This document shows positions 53,191-64,000 of a stretch of 64,000 nt of DNA, piece after piece (the first letter of the stretch is position 1; every line of letters starts with the position of its first letter). The stretch comes from Thermoanaerobaculia bacterium (GTDB lineage Bacteria > Acidobacteriota > Thermoanaerobaculia > UBA5066). Below the pieces are notes generated by a model. It was not told the DNA's origin and ran no database searches. It saw only the letters and a list, made by a program, of their open reading frames with translations. Location: assembly GCA_963816185.1 (NCBI GenBank), contig CAWFJJ010000001.1, positions 632,464 to 696,463 on the forward strand, in the 5' to 3' direction. Position numbers and translations under genes: made by a program.

Positions 53191-54259
53191 GTGCGAATAG
53201 TTTTTTTCGGATCGCCGTCCTTTGCTCTCCCGGCGCTCGATGCGCTCCTAGCGGCGGGCCATCGTGTTCCGCTCGTCGTTTCCCAGCCCGGGAAACCTGT
53301 CGGACGAAAGGGCGAGGTGACGGATCCGCCTGTCGCCGCGCAGGCGAAGTCGCTGGGAATCCACGTCTTCCAGCCCGCGACGCTGAAGGACGACGCTGCT
53401 GTCGCGCGCCTCGCCGAGGTGCGCGCCGACGCATTCGTCGTCGTCGCGTACGGAAAGATCCTCGCGCAGAGGGTGCTGGACCTGCCCCGGCTCGGCTGCC
53501 TGAACGTGCACGGCTCGCTCCTCCCGCGCTGGCGCGGGGCCTCGCCCGTGCAGGCGGCGATCCTCGCCGGGGACGCGGTCACGGGCGTATCGATCATGAA
53601 GATGGACGCCGGGATGGACACGGGCCCGGTGTACGCGACGCGGGAGACGCGGATCGGGGAGGAAGAGACGGTTGAAGAGCTGGGCGCGCGGCTGGCGCAA
53701 ATGGGGGCTGATGCGCTCGTCGATACGTTGTATTTCTTAGAAGGTGAAGAGAAGTAGCAGGGGCGCACGGCCCACGCCGGCGCCTCCGCACCGCCGGGCT
53801 TCTGGTGAATGCCCGCGCGGCATGCCGCCGGCGCCGGGAGGGACGGCCCCTCACGCGCCTTCTCAGAAAATCTTCCTTCCCCCGGTCCCCCAGGACGACT
53901 CTCTCGCCACCTATTGCCCGAAGATCTCGCGCGAGGACGGCCGTGTGGACTGGTCCCGGCCCGCGGCCGAGCTTGTTCGAAGAAGCCGTGCCTTCACCCC
54001 ATGGCCCGGCCTCTTCACCCTTCGAAGAAATACGCGCTTGAAGCTCTCGGGCCTCTCGCCGGTTTCGCGAGATGTTTCCGGCGCGAGAGGGAGCAAAGAA
54101 TCCCCCGGGGTTCTCCTCGAAGCGGGTCCGCGCGTCGTCGTCGCGTGCGGGGAAGGCGCGGTCGCGGTCGGCGTGCTGCAGGCAGAAGGCCGCCGCGCGC
54201 TCCCGGCGGCCGAGTTCGTGCGCGGCGAGCGCGTCGCGCCCGGCGAGCGCTGGGGCTGA
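53191..54259 (+). CDS. fmt: methionyl-tRNA formyltransferase, interrupted by a ~130-bp motif-bounded segment with a stop and frame change
   Basis: MRIVFFGSP.FA, VVAYG.IL, NVHGSLLPRWRG.SP, GMDTGP; C-terminal PQD…ATY.PKI..EDG..DW…RAF.PWP in the +1 frame. Confidence 0.92.
53731..54031. repeat. motif copies inside fmt
   Basis: ATTTCTTAGAAGGTGAAGAGAAG 53732-53754; CCTTCTCAGAAAAT 53858-53871; CTCTTCACCCTTCGAAGAAAT 54011-54031. Confidence 0.85.
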
Positions 54260-55605
54260 TGGCCGATTCGCGGCCCGTCCGCGAGCGGGCGCTCGGCGTG
54301 CTCGTTCGCGTGGCTCGGGACGGGGCGCACGCGGCGCCGCTCGTGGACGCGCGCGGACGCGACCTGCCGCCTCGCGACCGCGACTTTCTGCGCGCGCTCG
54401 TGAAGAAGACCCTTCGGGGCGCCCTGCGCCTCGACCACGTCCTGTCGCGGCACCTCCGGCAAGCGCCGGAATCGCTCGATCCGGCGGTCCTCGCCGCGCT
54501 TCGCCTCGGAGCTGCCCAGCTTCTTCTCATGGATCGCGTCCCGCCGCACGCCGCGGTCGGCGAGACCGTAGCGGCGGTGCGCCGCTTCGCGCCGAAGGCC
54601 GCCGGCCTCGTGAACGCCGTCCTCCGCCGCGTGGCCGAAAAGGAGAAACGGCCCGGCGCCGTCGTGCTTCCGGGAAGCGCGGATCCGGTCCGCCGGCTCG
54701 CGCTCGAGACTTCGCATCCGGAGTGGCTCGTGGCGCGGTGGGTCGCGGCCTTCGGCGACGAAGCCGCCCGGGCAGCGCTCACGGCCGACGAAGAGGACGC
54801 GCCGATCGATCTCCTCGCGGATCCCCGGGCCGGGACGCCCGACGAGATCGTCCTCCGTCTCGCCGCCGACGGCATCGAAGCCGTGCGCTCGCCGTGGGCT
54901 CCGCTCGCCCTCACCGTGACGTCCGGGAACGCCGCGTCGAATCCCCTCGTCACATCGGGCGCGGTCGCGGTCGTCGACGTCGCCGCTCAGGCGATGGTGG
55001 AGCTCGTTCCGGCCGCGGACGTCGTGGCCGACCTCGCCGCGGCACCGGGCGGCAAGACGCGCACGCTTCTCGCGACGGGACGCGCGCGCCGCGTCGTCGC
55101 GCTCGAGCGGACGGCCTCGCGCGCCCTCAGGCTGGCCGCGAACCTCGCGGCGGCCGGACGCCGGGACGAAGCGCTCGTCGTCCGTGCGGATGCCGGGCGC
55201 GCGCCCCTGCCGCCCGAGCGCTTCGCCTCGATTCTGCTCGACGCTCCGTGCTCGGGGACGGGCACGCTTCGCAAGAACCCGGAGATTCGCCTTCGCCTCA
55301 AGCCGGAGGACCTGGCCGGTTTCGCAAGGGTGCAGAGGCGCCTGCTCTCAGCGGCGCTCGACCTCGTCGCGAAAGGGGGCACGCTGGTTTATGTGACGTG
55401 CTCGCTCGAGCGAGAGGAGAACGAAGACGTCGTGGATGCGTTGCTCGCCAAGAGGCCGGAGTTCAGCCGCATCGTCCCGGCTGCGGCTGGCCTCCCCGCG
55501 CCGCTCGGCGCCGCCGTCTCGCCCGCGGGCCTCGTGCGCGTCCTGCCGGGCGCCACCCACGACGGGTTCTCGGCGGCCGTGCTGCGGCGCAAATCTCCGC
55601 GTTGA
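54259..55605 (+). CDS. rsmB: 16S rRNA m5C967 methyltransferase (RsmB/Sun)
   Basis: NusB-like N-terminus, SHPEWL, DLAAAPGGKT, LLDAPCSGTG, YVTCS…ENE. Confidence 0.92.
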   Translation: MADSRPVRERALGVLVRVARDGAHAAPLVDARGRDLPPRDRDFLRALVKKTLRGALRLDHVLSRHLRQAPESLDPAVLAALRLGAAQLLLMDRVPPHAAVGETVAAVRRFAPKAAGLVNAVLRRVAEKEKRPGAVVLPGSADPVRRLALETSHPEWLVARWVAAFGDEAARAALTADEEDAPIDLLADPRAGTPDEIVLRLAADGIEAVRSPWAPLALTVTSGNAASNPLVTSGAVAVVDVAAQAMVELVPAADVVADLAAAPGGKTRTLLATGRARRVVALERTASRALRLAANLAAAGRRDEALVVRADAGRAPLPPERFASILLDAPCSGTGTLRKNPEIRLRLKPEDLAGFARVQRRLLSAALDLVAKGGTLVYVTCSLEREENEDVVDALLAKRPEFSRIVPAAAGLPAPLGAAVSPAGLVRVLPGATHDGFSAAVLRRKSPR

Positions 55606-55630
55606 CAAGGCCGGGGGTCGAGCCTACATT
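55602..55630 (+). promoter_or_regulatory. sigma70-type promoter of the second HU gene
   Basis: TTGACA (55602-55607), 17-bp spacer, TACATT (55625-55630). Confidence 0.7.
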
Positions 55631-55673
55631 GCGGGCGCTTCCCTCCGACCGCGAAGAGCCAGAAGGAGACCCC

Positions 55674-55961
55674 ATGGCGGGCAAAGCCGACATTGTGGAT
55701 GCAATTGCGAACGACACCGGCCTGACGCGAAAGGACGCGACCGCGGCGCTCGACTCGGTCGTGAACGCGATCACCGGAAGCTTGAAGAAGGGACAGCGCG
55801 TCGCGATTCCAGGTCTCGGGGCCTTCCACGTGGCCGACCGCAAGGCGCGAGCCGGGATCAACCCTCGAACGAAGGCCGCGATCCGCATCGCGGCCGCGAA
55901 GGTCGCGCGGTTCCACGCGGGCAAGGACCTCAAGGATCTGCTGAACAAGCGGCGGAAGTAG
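55674..55961 (+). CDS. HU-family DNA-binding protein (second paralog)
   Basis: KADIVDAIA..TGLT.K, V.IPGLG.F, RKAR.G.NP.T…I.IAA.KV..F..GK.LK. Confidence 0.94.
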   Translation: MAGKADIVDAIANDTGLTRKDATAALDSVVNAITGSLKKGQRVAIPGLGAFHVADRKARAGINPRTKAAIRIAAAKVARFHAGKDLKDLLNKRRK

Positions 55962-56000
55962 GCGCCCGCGCGTCGCGCGCGCCCGTATCATGAGTCGTTC

Positions 56001-56708
56001 ATGATCCCGCTGCGCGACACGATCCGGACGCGGACGGTTCCCTTCGTCACCCGACTCCTCGTCGTCGCGAACGTCGCGGCTTTCGTGCTGGAGTTCCTCC
56101 AGGGCGAGAGCCTCGACGCGTTTCTCGAGACGTTCGCTTTCATCCCGCTCCGGTTCTTTCACCCCGAGCTCGCCGGCTGGACGTTCTCCGCCTCCGTCGT
56201 GACGATCTTCACCGCGATGTTCCTGCACGGTGGCCTTCTGCACCTCCTCGGAAACATGCTCTTCCTCTGGATCTTCGGCGACAACGTCGAGGACGCGCTC
56301 GGGCACTTCCGGTTTCTCTTTTTCTACCTCGCGGCGGGCGTGTGCGCGACCCTTCTGCAGGCGTTCCTCTCGCCATCGTCGGCGGTCCCGAATCTGGGTG
56401 CATCGGGCGCGATCGCAGGCGTCCTCGGGGCGTACTTCGTGTATTACCCGCGCGCCCGGATCGTAACCATCGTCCCGCTCTTCATTCTCTTTCCCGTCGT
56501 CGAGATTCCGGCGGGCCTCTATCTCCTCGGCTGGTTCGCCCTGCAGTTCTGGATGGGATCGGAGCAGCTCACGCGCGCCGGCCGGGCCGCCGCGTCGCAG
56601 GGAGGCGTCGCGTTCTGGGCGCACGTCGGCGGATTCGTCTTCGGCGTCGCGTGGGCGCTGATCTTCCGCCCTTCCCGAGGGCCTCAGACGGCCTACCGGA
56701 TCTCGTGA
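56001..56708 (+). CDS. rhomboid intramembrane serine protease
   Basis: MFLHGG..HL.GNM.FL..FG.NVED, GASGAIAG, AHVGGF. Confidence 0.95.
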   Translation: MIPLRDTIRTRTVPFVTRLLVVANVAAFVLEFLQGESLDAFLETFAFIPLRFFHPELAGWTFSASVVTIFTAMFLHGGLLHLLGNMLFLWIFGDNVEDALGHFRFLFFYLAAGVCATLLQAFLSPSSAVPNLGASGAIAGVLGAYFVYYPRARIVTIVPLFILFPVVEIPAGLYLLGWFALQFWMGSEQLTRAGRAAASQGGVAFWAHVGGFVFGVAWALIFRPSRGPQTAYRIS

Positions 56709-58102
56709 AGGTCCGAGGCGGGACCGTTCTCGCGTGGAGCCTCTATGAGCTCGGGGCGACGAGCTTCGCGATGAACATGCTCTCGTTCTACTTTCCGCTC
56801 GACATCGCGACGCGCGTTGCGAGGGGGAACGAGAGGTTCTCGGTCGTTTTCAGTTGTTCGATGCTCGTGGTTGCGATCGCGGCTCCCCTCCTGGGCACTC
56901 TTGCCGATCGCCGTGGAAAGCGGCGACTCCTGATCCCGTTCGTCCTCGGCGGCATCGCCCTCACGGCGCTCGTCGGTGTGACGGGCCCCGTGTGGCGCGT
57001 CCTCGCATTCTTCGCGTTCGCGAACATCGCGTTCCAGTGCGCTTACGTCTTCTACAACGCGCTGCTGTCCGACGTCTCGGACTCTTCGAACTCCGGCCGC
57101 GTGTCGGGCTACGGCGTCGCCGCGGGTTATGTGGGCTCACTCCTCGGAATGGTCATTGCCGTGCCCTTCGTTTCGGGAGCGGCGCGAGCCAAGCTGCCTC
57201 CCTTTCTCGGTTCCGTCGTCGATGCCCTTTCCGTCGCGGCGCTTTCTTCGAATGTGAATGACGCCTGGGTGCGCCGGAACGCCTACCTGCCCACGGCTCT
57301 GCTCTGGCTCGCCGCGGCCGTCCCGCTGCTTTTCTTCGCGCGCCTGCCGAAATTGAAGAAGGATATTTCAGCGAATGAGAAAGCGGGCACGGGCAGCGGT
57401 GGCGCAGCAGGCGCCGCGCAGGCCGTCCACAACGCAAAATTGCCTTCTAAGAAATCTCTCTCTTCTTCGTCTCCGATTCGAGACGTCCTCCAGACGATCC
57501 GATCTTTGCCGCAGACGCCCTCTCTCCTCTGGTTTCTCGTCGCGAACTTCCTCTACATCGACGTGATCCACACGATTCAAGTGCAGATGGGGACTTATTC
57601 CCGCTTCGCGGTGGGTCTGGACGATGGGGCGGTCCTGAGGCTTCTGCTCACGGCAACGGCCGTGGCGGTCGTGGGTGGGCTCCTGTACGGTTTCCTCTGC
57701 CAGCGCGTCACGATCCGCACGGCGACGCTCGTGGCGCTCGGGAACTGGGTCGTCGTGTTCGTCCTCGCGTTCTGCATCCGCGATCCGAAGACGTTTCTAC
57801 TCGTCGGCGTCCTCGCCGGCATCGGCCTCGGCGGCATCAAGGTGACCGGCAGGCTCGGGCTGATCGCGCTCGTCCCGAAAGAGCGCACGACGGAGTTCTT
57901 CGGCTTCTTCACGCTGGCCGGCGAAGCCGCGTCGGTCCTGGGGCCGTTTCTCTGGGCGGCCACCCTCACGCTCTTCCCCGACAGGAGCCCGGCCGGCTAC
58001 CGCGCGGGCATCTCCGTACTCTTCGTCGTCCTCGTCTTCGCGGTCGGTGCTTTTCTCAGAGTGCGGTTCCCGAAGGCCGAACCCGCGCGTTATCCCTCGT
58101 GA
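56705..58102 (+). CDS. MFS transporter (UMF1/ATG22-like)
   Basis: AWSLYE, P.LG.LAD..G, FYNALL, G.VSG.G…GY.G, EFFGF; central loop carries a motif-bounded segment. Confidence 0.88.
   Translation: MKVRGGTVLAWSLYELGATSFAMNMLSFYFPLDIATRVARGNERFSVVFSCSMLVVAIAAPLLGTLADRRGKRRLLIPFVLGGIALTALVGVTGPVWRVLAFFAFANIAFQCAYVFYNALLSDVSDSSNSGRVSGYGVAAGYVGSLLGMVIAVPFVSGAARAKLPPFLGSVVDALSVAALSSNVNDAWVRRNAYLPTALLWLAAAVPLLFFARLPKLKKDISANEKAGTGSGGAAGAAQAVHNAKLPSKKSLSSSSPIRDVLQTIRSLPQTPSLLWFLVANFLYIDVIHTIQVQMGTYSRFAVGLDDGAVLRLLLTATAVAVVGGLLYGFLCQRVTIRTATLVALGNWVVVFVLAFCIRDPKTFLLVGVLAGIGLGGIKVTGRLGLIALVPKERTTEFFGFFTLAGEAASVLGPFLWAATLTLFPDRSPAGYRAGISVLFVVLVFAVGAFLRVRFPKAEPARYPS
57243..57470. repeat. motif copies inside the MFS transporter gene
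   Basis: Centres 57248(f), 57371(f, degenerate), 57449(r, CCTTCTAAGAAATCTCTCTCTTCTTC). Confidence 0.78.
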
Positions 58103-59483
58103 AGCGCGCCGTCGTCGGGCTCATCCGCTTCCTCGTCGATCTCTTCTATCGGCGTGTCGAGGTGTCGGGTCTCGAGAACGTGCCGGGCCAGGGGCCGGTC
58201 CTCTTCGTCGCGAATCACTTCAACGGCCTCGTCGACCCGATGCTCGTCCTCCGCGTCGTCGAACGCGGGGTCGTCTTCGTCGCGAAGTCCACGCTCTGGC
58301 GGATTCCGATCCTGCGGCCGCTCCTCGACCTCCTCGGTTGTGTGCCGGTCGTGAGGAAAGGGGAGGAGGACCGGGAGATTTCTTCGAAGGGTGAAGAGAG
58401 GAACCGCGGCGCGTTCGAAAAGCTGGCGGCTGTTCTCGAGAGAGACGGCGCGATCCTGATCTTCCCCGAGGGGCGGTCGCACTCCGATCCACGGCTTTCG
58501 GAGATCCGGACGGGCGCCGCGCGTGCTCTTCTCCTTTCTAAGAAATCCCCGGTCGTCCTTCCTGTCGGCCTCTGGTTCACGAAGAAGGAGGAATTCCGGT
58601 CCGACGTGCTCGTCCGCATCGGTCCGCCGGTCGCGCCCCCGGCCGCTTCGACCGTCGAGGCCTGGACGGCCGCGATCGAGAAGGCGCTCCTCGACGTCAC
58701 GTTGAATGCGGACGACTGGGAGGACCACGAGGTCGTCGCGGCGGTTGATGCGCTTTATGGGACGAGGATTCCGGAGGAGGGAAAGACGGGGGGGAGAACC
58801 GGGGATTTCTTAGAAAGTGAAGAGAGGAATTCGTCCTCGCAGTTGGCGCGCTCGTTCCGGAATCGGCAACTCCTTCTCGCGGCTCGCGACGTGCTGAAGC
58901 GTGTAGAACCCGGCGCGGTGGCATCTGTCGCGCGGCGCGCCCGCGCCCTCGACCACCTTCTAAGAAAAATCGGTCTCTCTTCCGGTGCCCTCGACGATCC
59001 TCCGCCTGCAAATGAGGTCATTGCCTCGGAACTCTCAAAGCTCTTCTCTTCATCCTTCTCGGCTTTCCGGTCGCTGTCCTCGGCGTGGCCGCGTGGTGGG
59101 TGCCGTACCGCTTGTGCGGGGTGATCGCGAACCGCGTGCGTGGAGTCTCGGAGCAACGCGACCAGATTGCACTTTACAAGCTTCTTGCGGGAGCTCTCCT
59201 CTTTCCCCTCTTCCTTGCGCTCGAGGCCACCGCCGTCTGGAGTTTCGCAGGCGCAGGTTGGGCCGCCCTGGCCTTCGCCCTTCTTCCATTCGCAGGAATC
59301 TCTTCTCTTCTCTTCTTCGAGTACACGTCATGGCGCGAGAGTCAGGCGCGGGAGCTCCTCGCGCTCGCGTTCATGCCCGGCGGGATCGCGCGTCTGCGCG
59401 CCCGGCGCGACGCTCTCGTCGCCGAATGCGACCGGCTGGCAGGGGTCTACCGGAGTCGGACCGGCGATAATCGGGTTCCGTGA
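58099..59483 (+). CDS. PlsC-like acyltransferase with C-terminal TM region; frameshift near 59035
   Basis: NHFNGLVDP, FVAKS.L, IFPEG.SH, TGAAR. Confidence 0.85.
58360..58975. repeat. four alternating motif copies inside the PlsC-like gene
   Basis: Centres 58384(f), 58540(r), 58811(f), 58962(r); perfect 20-bp IR 58534-58553 / 58798-58817. Confidence 0.88.
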
Positions 59484-60505
59484 CGGACGAGAAGGAGGCG
59501 CCGGTCCCGCCGGCCACGCGATTCGAGATCGCGGCGTGGATCCTCGCGGGGGCCGCCTTCGTCTTCGTCTTCGAGCGGCATCTCGTGTCGGCGCTCCTGG
59601 CCGGGCTTCTCGTGCAGCTCATCCTCGACACGATCGCCAGGCGGCTGCACGGCCCGCGGCTTTCTCACGGCGTCGAAAAAGCGATCTCGGTAGCGGTCCT
59701 GGGACTCGTTGCCGCCTCGGTCACGGTCGGCATCGTGATCCTCGTCCTCGGCCTCCTGCGCGGGCGTCTCGGAGATCTCCCCGCGCTCTTCGAGGCGATG
59801 GCCGACGCGCTCGAGAAGATCCATGCGCGGCTCGGCGCGGCGGGCTTCCTCGTTCCCGCCCTCGACGCCGAGCACCTCCGTCTCCTGGTGACGGAGCGGC
59901 TGAGGCTTCACGCGAGTGCGCTCGGGGAGGCGGGCGGCGAGATAGGCCGCGTTCTCGTGCACGCGCTGTTGGGAATCCTGATCTCGCTCCTCGTCTTCTT
60001 CCGCGGCGAGAGCCCGTCGCGACGTCCTTTCGCCGCAGCCCTCCTCGATCGTGTCCGGCGATTCACGCAGGCGTTCGAGACGATCGTCCGGGCGCAGGCG
60101 GAGATCTCGGCCATCAACACGTCGTTGACCGCGATCTATCTTTTCTTCGTGCTCCCTCTCCTGGGGGCGCATCTTCCGTTCTCGGGGACGGTTCTCATCG
60201 TGACGTTCCTCGCGGGAATGATCCCGGTGGCCGGAAATCTCGTTTCGAACACGGTCATCGTCGTCCTCGCGCTCTCGGTTTCGCCGTTGCTCGGGGCGGT
60301 CTCGCTTGCCTTCCTCGTGGTCGTTCACAAGCTGGAGTACGTGCTGAACGCGAAGATCGTGGGCCGTCGAATCGGAGCCGCCGCCTGGGAGATGCTGCTC
60401 GCGATCCTCGTGTTCGAGGTGGCTTGGGGCGTTCGCGGCGTCGTTCTCGCGCCCGCGATCTACGCGTGGGTGAAGGGAGAGCTCAAGGACCGCGGTCTGG
60501 TCTGA
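59480..60505 (+). CDS. AI-2E family transporter
   Basis: Multi-TM; AQ..IS..NT.LT, IPVAGNL, HKLEY.LN.KIVG, AWE.L.A. Confidence 0.88.
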   Translation: MTDEKEAPVPPATRFEIAAWILAGAAFVFVFERHLVSALLAGLLVQLILDTIARRLHGPRLSHGVEKAISVAVLGLVAASVTVGIVILVLGLLRGRLGDLPALFEAMADALEKIHARLGAAGFLVPALDAEHLRLLVTERLRLHASALGEAGGEIGRVLVHALLGILISLLVFFRGESPSRRPFAAALLDRVRRFTQAFETIVRAQAEISAINTSLTAIYLFFVLPLLGAHLPFSGTVLIVTFLAGMIPVAGNLVSNTVIVVLALSVSPLLGAVSLAFLVVVHKLEYVLNAKIVGRRIGAAAWEMLLAILVFEVAWGVRGVVLAPAIYAWVKGELKDRGLV

Positions 60506-60530
60506 GCATCCTGGTGTAGCCTCACCCGTC

Positions 60531-61691
60531 GTGACGAATGTAACCGCGCCCGCCGTCCCGGTTCCGCTCCTCGACTTGAAGAAACAGTACGCGACGATCC
60601 GCGAGGAGATCCTGCGTGCGACGGTCGACGTTTACGAGAGCCAGTACTTCATCCTGGGCCCTCGCGTCGAGGCGTTCGAGAAGGCGGTCGCTTCCTACGT
60701 CGGGGTGAGGCACGCGATCGGCATGTCTTCGGGCACCGACTCGCAGCTCGCCGTCATGATGGCGCTCGGTGTCGGGCCGGGCGACGACGTCGTGACGTCT
60801 CCTTATTCCTTCTTCTCGACGGCCGGCGCCGTCGCGCGCCTCGGCGCGCGGGCAGTCTTCGTCGACATCGAGCCGGCGACGTTCAACCTCGACCCCTCGA
60901 AGCTGGAGAAAGCGATCAGCCCGAAGGCGAAGCTCATCCAGCCCGTCCACCTTTACGGCCAGTGCGCCGACATGGATCCGATCCGGGAGGTCGCGAAGCG
61001 GAAGGGGATCCCGGTGCTCGAGGATGCCTGCCAATCGCTCGGGGCGGCGTACAAGGGTGTCAAGGCGGGAGCGCTCGGCGAGTTCGGAGCCTTCTCGTTC
61101 TTCCCCTCCAAGAATCTGGGCGGGTTCGGCGACGGCGGCATGGTGACAACGCAGAACGACGCGTACGCAACACGCCTTCGCGCCTTGCGCATGCACGGCG
61201 AGACCTCGCGCTATCACCACAAGCTCGTGGGCGGGAACTTTCGGCTCGACGCGCTTCAGGCCGCGATCCTTCACGTGAAGCTGCCGCACCTCGACGGCTG
61301 GGCGCGCGCGCGGCGTGCGAATGCGGCCGAGATCGAAAGGCTTTACGTCGAATCGGGCGGACGCAGATACGAGGAGGGCGGCCTGAAGTTTCCGCGCCAG
61401 GCGGCGGGCCGCGAGCACGTCTTCAACCAGTTCGTCGTGCGCGTCGGAAAGGGCCGGCGCGACTTGTTGAAGAAGCTTCTCGACGAGCGGCAGATCGGAA
61501 ACGCGATCTACTATCCGGTGCCGCTGCACCTGCAGGAGTGTTTCGCCTCTCTCGGAGGCCGCCCGGGCGACTTCCCGGAGGCGGAGAAGGCCGCCGCCGA
61601 AACGCTCGCGCTTCCGGTTTTCCCGGAACTCACGGCCGAGCAGAAGAGTACGCTCGCGATGACCCTCGCATCCTTCTCGCGCGAGACATGA
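60531..61691 (+). CDS. DegT/DnrJ/EryC1/StrS-family aminotransferase
   Basis: VHLYGQ, EDACQ, SFFPSKNLGGFGDGG, NFRLDALQAA, YYPVPLH. Confidence 0.95.
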   Translation: MTNVTAPAVPVPLLDLKKQYATIREEILRATVDVYESQYFILGPRVEAFEKAVASYVGVRHAIGMSSGTDSQLAVMMALGVGPGDDVVTSPYSFFSTAGAVARLGARAVFVDIEPATFNLDPSKLEKAISPKAKLIQPVHLYGQCADMDPIREVAKRKGIPVLEDACQSLGAAYKGVKAGALGEFGAFSFFPSKNLGGFGDGGMVTTQNDAYATRLRALRMHGETSRYHHKLVGGNFRLDALQAAILHVKLPHLDGWARARRANAAEIERLYVESGGRRYEEGGLKFPRQAAGREHVFNQFVVRVGKGRRDLLKKLLDERQIGNAIYYPVPLHLQECFASLGGRPGDFPEAEKAAAETLALPVFPELTAEQKSTLAMTLASFSRET

Positions 61692-61699
61692 GACCGCGG

Positions 61700-61785
61700 C
61701 GAATCTGCTGAGAAAGAAGCGGCCCCTGACGAAAGACAAGCGGACCGCTGCTGGGCCGCCACTTCCCTCACCTTCGAAGAAACCC
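61700..61785. repeat. degenerate motif pair upstream of the groESL promoter, 67 bp
   Basis: ATCTGCTGAGAAAG (centre 61710) … CCCTCACCTTCGAAGAAA (centre 61777). Confidence 0.55.
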
Positions 61786-61844
61786 GGTTCCTCTATTTTT
61801 AAGTCGTTCCTGATAAACATCTTACGCGAAATCTATATATCTAC

Positions 61845-61873
61845 TTGACAGATTTCGCTACCCGAGCTAACGT
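61845..61873 (+). promoter_or_regulatory. sigma70-type promoter of groESL
   Basis: TTGACA (61845-61850), 17-bp spacer, TAACGT (61868-61873). Confidence 0.75.
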
Positions 61874-61875
61874 TG

Positions 61876-61902
61876 TTGGCACTCGCCGGCCTTGACTGCT
61901 AA
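61876..61902 (+). promoter_or_regulatory. CIRCE element (HrcA operator)
   Basis: TTGGCACTC-N9-GACTGCTAA vs consensus TTAGCACTC-N9-GAGTGCTAA, directly after the -10 box and upstream of groES. Confidence 0.9.
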
Positions 61903-61994
61903 CAGGCGATGGCGGGCAAAACAAGAGTCAAAACCAGGGCGTCGGCGGGTAACTCGCCTCGCGCGGCGTCCCGAGGAACCGAAAGGAGCGTCCC

Positions 61995-62288
61995 ATGAAA
62001 GTTCGTCCCCTCTACGACCGGATTCTCGTCAAGCGCATCGAGGCCAAGGAGCAGGTGCGCGGCGGAATCATCATCCCCGACACCGCCAAGGAAAAACCGA
62101 TGGAGGCCAAGGTCGAGGCCGTCGGCGAAGGCAAATTCGACGACAACGGCAAGCGGATCCCGCTCGACGTGAAGAAAGGCGACCGCATCCTGATCGGCAA
62201 GTACGCCGGCACCGAAATCAAGATCGAAGACGAAGAGCTCCTCATCCTCCGCGAGGACGAAGTGCTCGCAATCGTCGAGACGAAGTAA
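61995..62288 (+). CDS. groES: co-chaperonin GroES
   Basis: [32 protein letters not shown]. Confidence 0.98.
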   Translation: MKVRPLYDRILVKRIEAKEQVRGGIIIPDTAKEKPMEAKVEAVGEGKFDDNGKRIPLDVKKGDRILIGKYAGTEIKIEDEELLILREDEVLAIVETK

Positions 62289-63935
<1,647 letters not shown>

Positions 63936-63970
63936 ATCGACCTTCCCCCCGACTGTTTCAGTTTCTTAAC

Positions 63971-63999
63971 GGCCCGGCGGAAACGCCGGGCCGATTTCT
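63971..63999 (+). terminator. intrinsic terminator after groEL
   Basis: GGCCCGGCG-GAAA-CGCCGGGCC hairpin followed by GATTTCTT. Confidence 0.8.
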
Positions 64000-64000
64000 T

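Noticed and set aside
33040-58975. CRISPR array interpretation of the recurring motif
   Set aside because: Copies are dispersed, inverted, degenerate and inside genes; there is no tandem repeat-spacer array and no cas gene
63993-64000. GATTTCTT at the window end as another motif copy
   Set aside because: Truncated by the window edge and equally explained as the terminator U-tract

Overview
High-GC (roughly 68% by eye) bacterial chromosomal window; gene content and style suggest Acidobacteriota/Thermoanaerobaculia-like, which is inference only. Most of it is housekeeping: an ilvD-ilvB-ilvN-ilvC-leuA-leuB-ilvE operon, a small accessory block (14-repeat GloVer-type beta-propeller protein plus small membrane proteins), ada/alkA-ogt, glnA, queA, pyrR-pyrB-pyrC, ndh, suhB, glgA, mtgA, lysine 6-aminotransferase, a GAF-GGDEF cyclase, a MoxR-DUF58-BatA/B/C/D operon, trxA, rsmA, uppP, ftsK, two HU genes, fmt-rsmB and CIRCE-regulated groES-groEL. 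About 11 genes are broken by frameshifts, probably long-read errors. The main unexplained signal is a dispersed AT/purine-rich motif, approximate consensus GAAGAGAGATTTCTT(A/C)GAAGG(T/G)GAAGAG with a TTCTWAGAA dyad core. I count about 35 copies at about 14 loci by eye. They mostly form convergent inverted pairs with unrelated GC-rich spacers but a recurrent 67-83 bp centre-to-centre distance (some about 150-160 bp). They sit inside conserved genes (queA, fmt, mtgA, ilvN, batB, an MFS transporter, a PlsC-like acyltransferase), where several coincide with apparent extra peptide segments. Secondary findings are two genes that need a CTG start codon, widespread leaderless-type promoters, and a 118-bp duplicated gene fragment next to the beta-propeller gene.
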